Source: Acidobacteriota bacterium (GTDB taxonomy: Bacteria; Acidobacteriota; Thermoanaerobaculia; Thermoanaerobaculales; Sulfomarinibacteraceae). From it: DNA of 64,000 nucleotides. The DNA lies in assembly GCA_022340775.1 (NCBI GenBank), contig JAJDNH010000025.1, positions 2,007 through 66,006 on the forward strand, written 5' to 3'. Under the pieces are notes generated by a model. The model made no database searches. It saw nothing but the letters and a program-made list of their open reading frames with translations, and was not told the DNA's origin. Below are positions 63,599-64,000 of the stretch, piece after piece; within the stretch, counting starts at the first letter, position 1; every line of letters begins with the position of its first letter. The translations under genes were made by a program, and so were the position numbers.

Positions 63599-64000
63599 AT
63601 GAGCACCTTCGACCGCAACTGGCGCGAGCTCCAGCTCGAAACCCTCGTCGATCTTTCTCTGTCGATCGGGGGTGTTCGGGCAGAGGAAGAAGTGGTCGAG
63701 GAGCTTCTGCAGAGGGCGGTTGGCACTCTGGATGCCCGTGCTGGGCTCGTCGTAACCCAACATTCCGGGGGGCGTGAAGGGGTCGCTCGGGCCGTCGCGA
63801 TGTCAGCCAGCCTGGACTCGGCTCGCGGCCTGGTCGAGGTTGAAATAGACAAGCTGGCCGGCGGCGATGCTGTCCGCCTTGCTCCTTCGAGGGACGGCGC
63901 GCCGAGTGAGATCATCGCCGCACCCATGCTGTGGCAACGAGAGCTGATCGGCCTCGTAATCCTCGGTGACAAGGAGGCGCGCTGGGGACAGATTCCCTTC
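63599..64000 (+). CDS. GAF-domain protein, 3'-truncated by window end (possibly RsbU/SpoIIE-type phosphatase N-terminus)
   Basis: My translation from ATG 63599 is MSTFDRNWRELQLETLVDLSLSIGGVRAEEEVVEELLQRAVGTLDARAGLVV...APMLWQRELIGLVILGDKEARWG, which looks GAF-like. The frame stays open to nt 64000. Confidence 0.55.
   Translation, partial: MSTFDRNWRELQLETLVDLSLSIGGVRAEEEVVEELLQRAVGTLDARAGLVVTQHSGGREGVARAVAMSASLDSARGLVEVEIDKLAGGDAVRLAPSRDGAPSEIIAAPMLWQRELIGLVILGDKEARWGQIPF

Noticed and set aside
1-64000. CRISPR arrays, rRNA, IS elements, prophage or toxin-antitoxin/defence gene signatures
   Set aside because: By-eye scanning found no regularly spaced repeats. No transposase, integrase, phage or classic defence-domain translations were recognised in the ORF track. 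By-eye repeat detection over 64 kb is limited, and a repeat finder should be run.

Overview
This is a GC-rich bacterial chromosomal segment, densely coding on both strands, with about 60 protein genes and 2 tRNAs. I recognised no rRNA, CRISPR array, transposase or integrase. All functional names come from recognising motifs and families by eye in the supplied translations; no database search was possible.

Gene content, left to right:
1. A four-gene redox/signalling cluster: an Rrf2 regulator, a NarI/DsrM-like membrane protein, an HdrD/DsrK-like Fe-S protein with a C-terminal receiver domain, and a Cys-rich PAS histidine kinase.
2. An orphan GspG-like pseudopilin, a HAMP/HD-GYP protein and a lipoprotein, followed by corA.
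3. Polyamine genes (DHS-like synthase, speB, speA), then an MscS-like channel, ArsR, outer-membrane-type proteins, a permease remnant, pgi and a superoxide reductase.
4. A long co-directional string: moeA-moaA-moaC-MOSC/moaB-modABC-like-crcB-DUF190.
5. A six-haem membrane cytochrome c with an unknown secreted protein, then DUF302, TPR and PilZ proteins.
6. A TlpA-like thiol:disulfide oxidoreductase whose CxxC is encoded as U(TGA)xxC with a SECIS-like hairpin. It is probably a selenoprotein that ORF calling split in two.
7. An EnvC-like protein, an S41 homologue lacking the Ser/Lys dyad, and a YibQ-like protein. These are followed by cysS, typA, pyrE, a sigma54 activator, an ALDH, two DUF4388/PATAN-type proteins, usp, tRNA-Val and tRNA-Asp.
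8. marR-ablA-ablB followed by an 830-aa internally duplicated KamA-like radical SAM protein. Then come infC (probable AUC start), an SSS transporter, a pseudo-receiver, and a GAF protein cut by the window end.

The best candidates for something undescribed are the HdrD::receiver redox module, the abl locus with the tandem KamA paralogue, and the recoded UGA. Many long ORFs antisense to real genes are GC-driven artefacts and were rejected.
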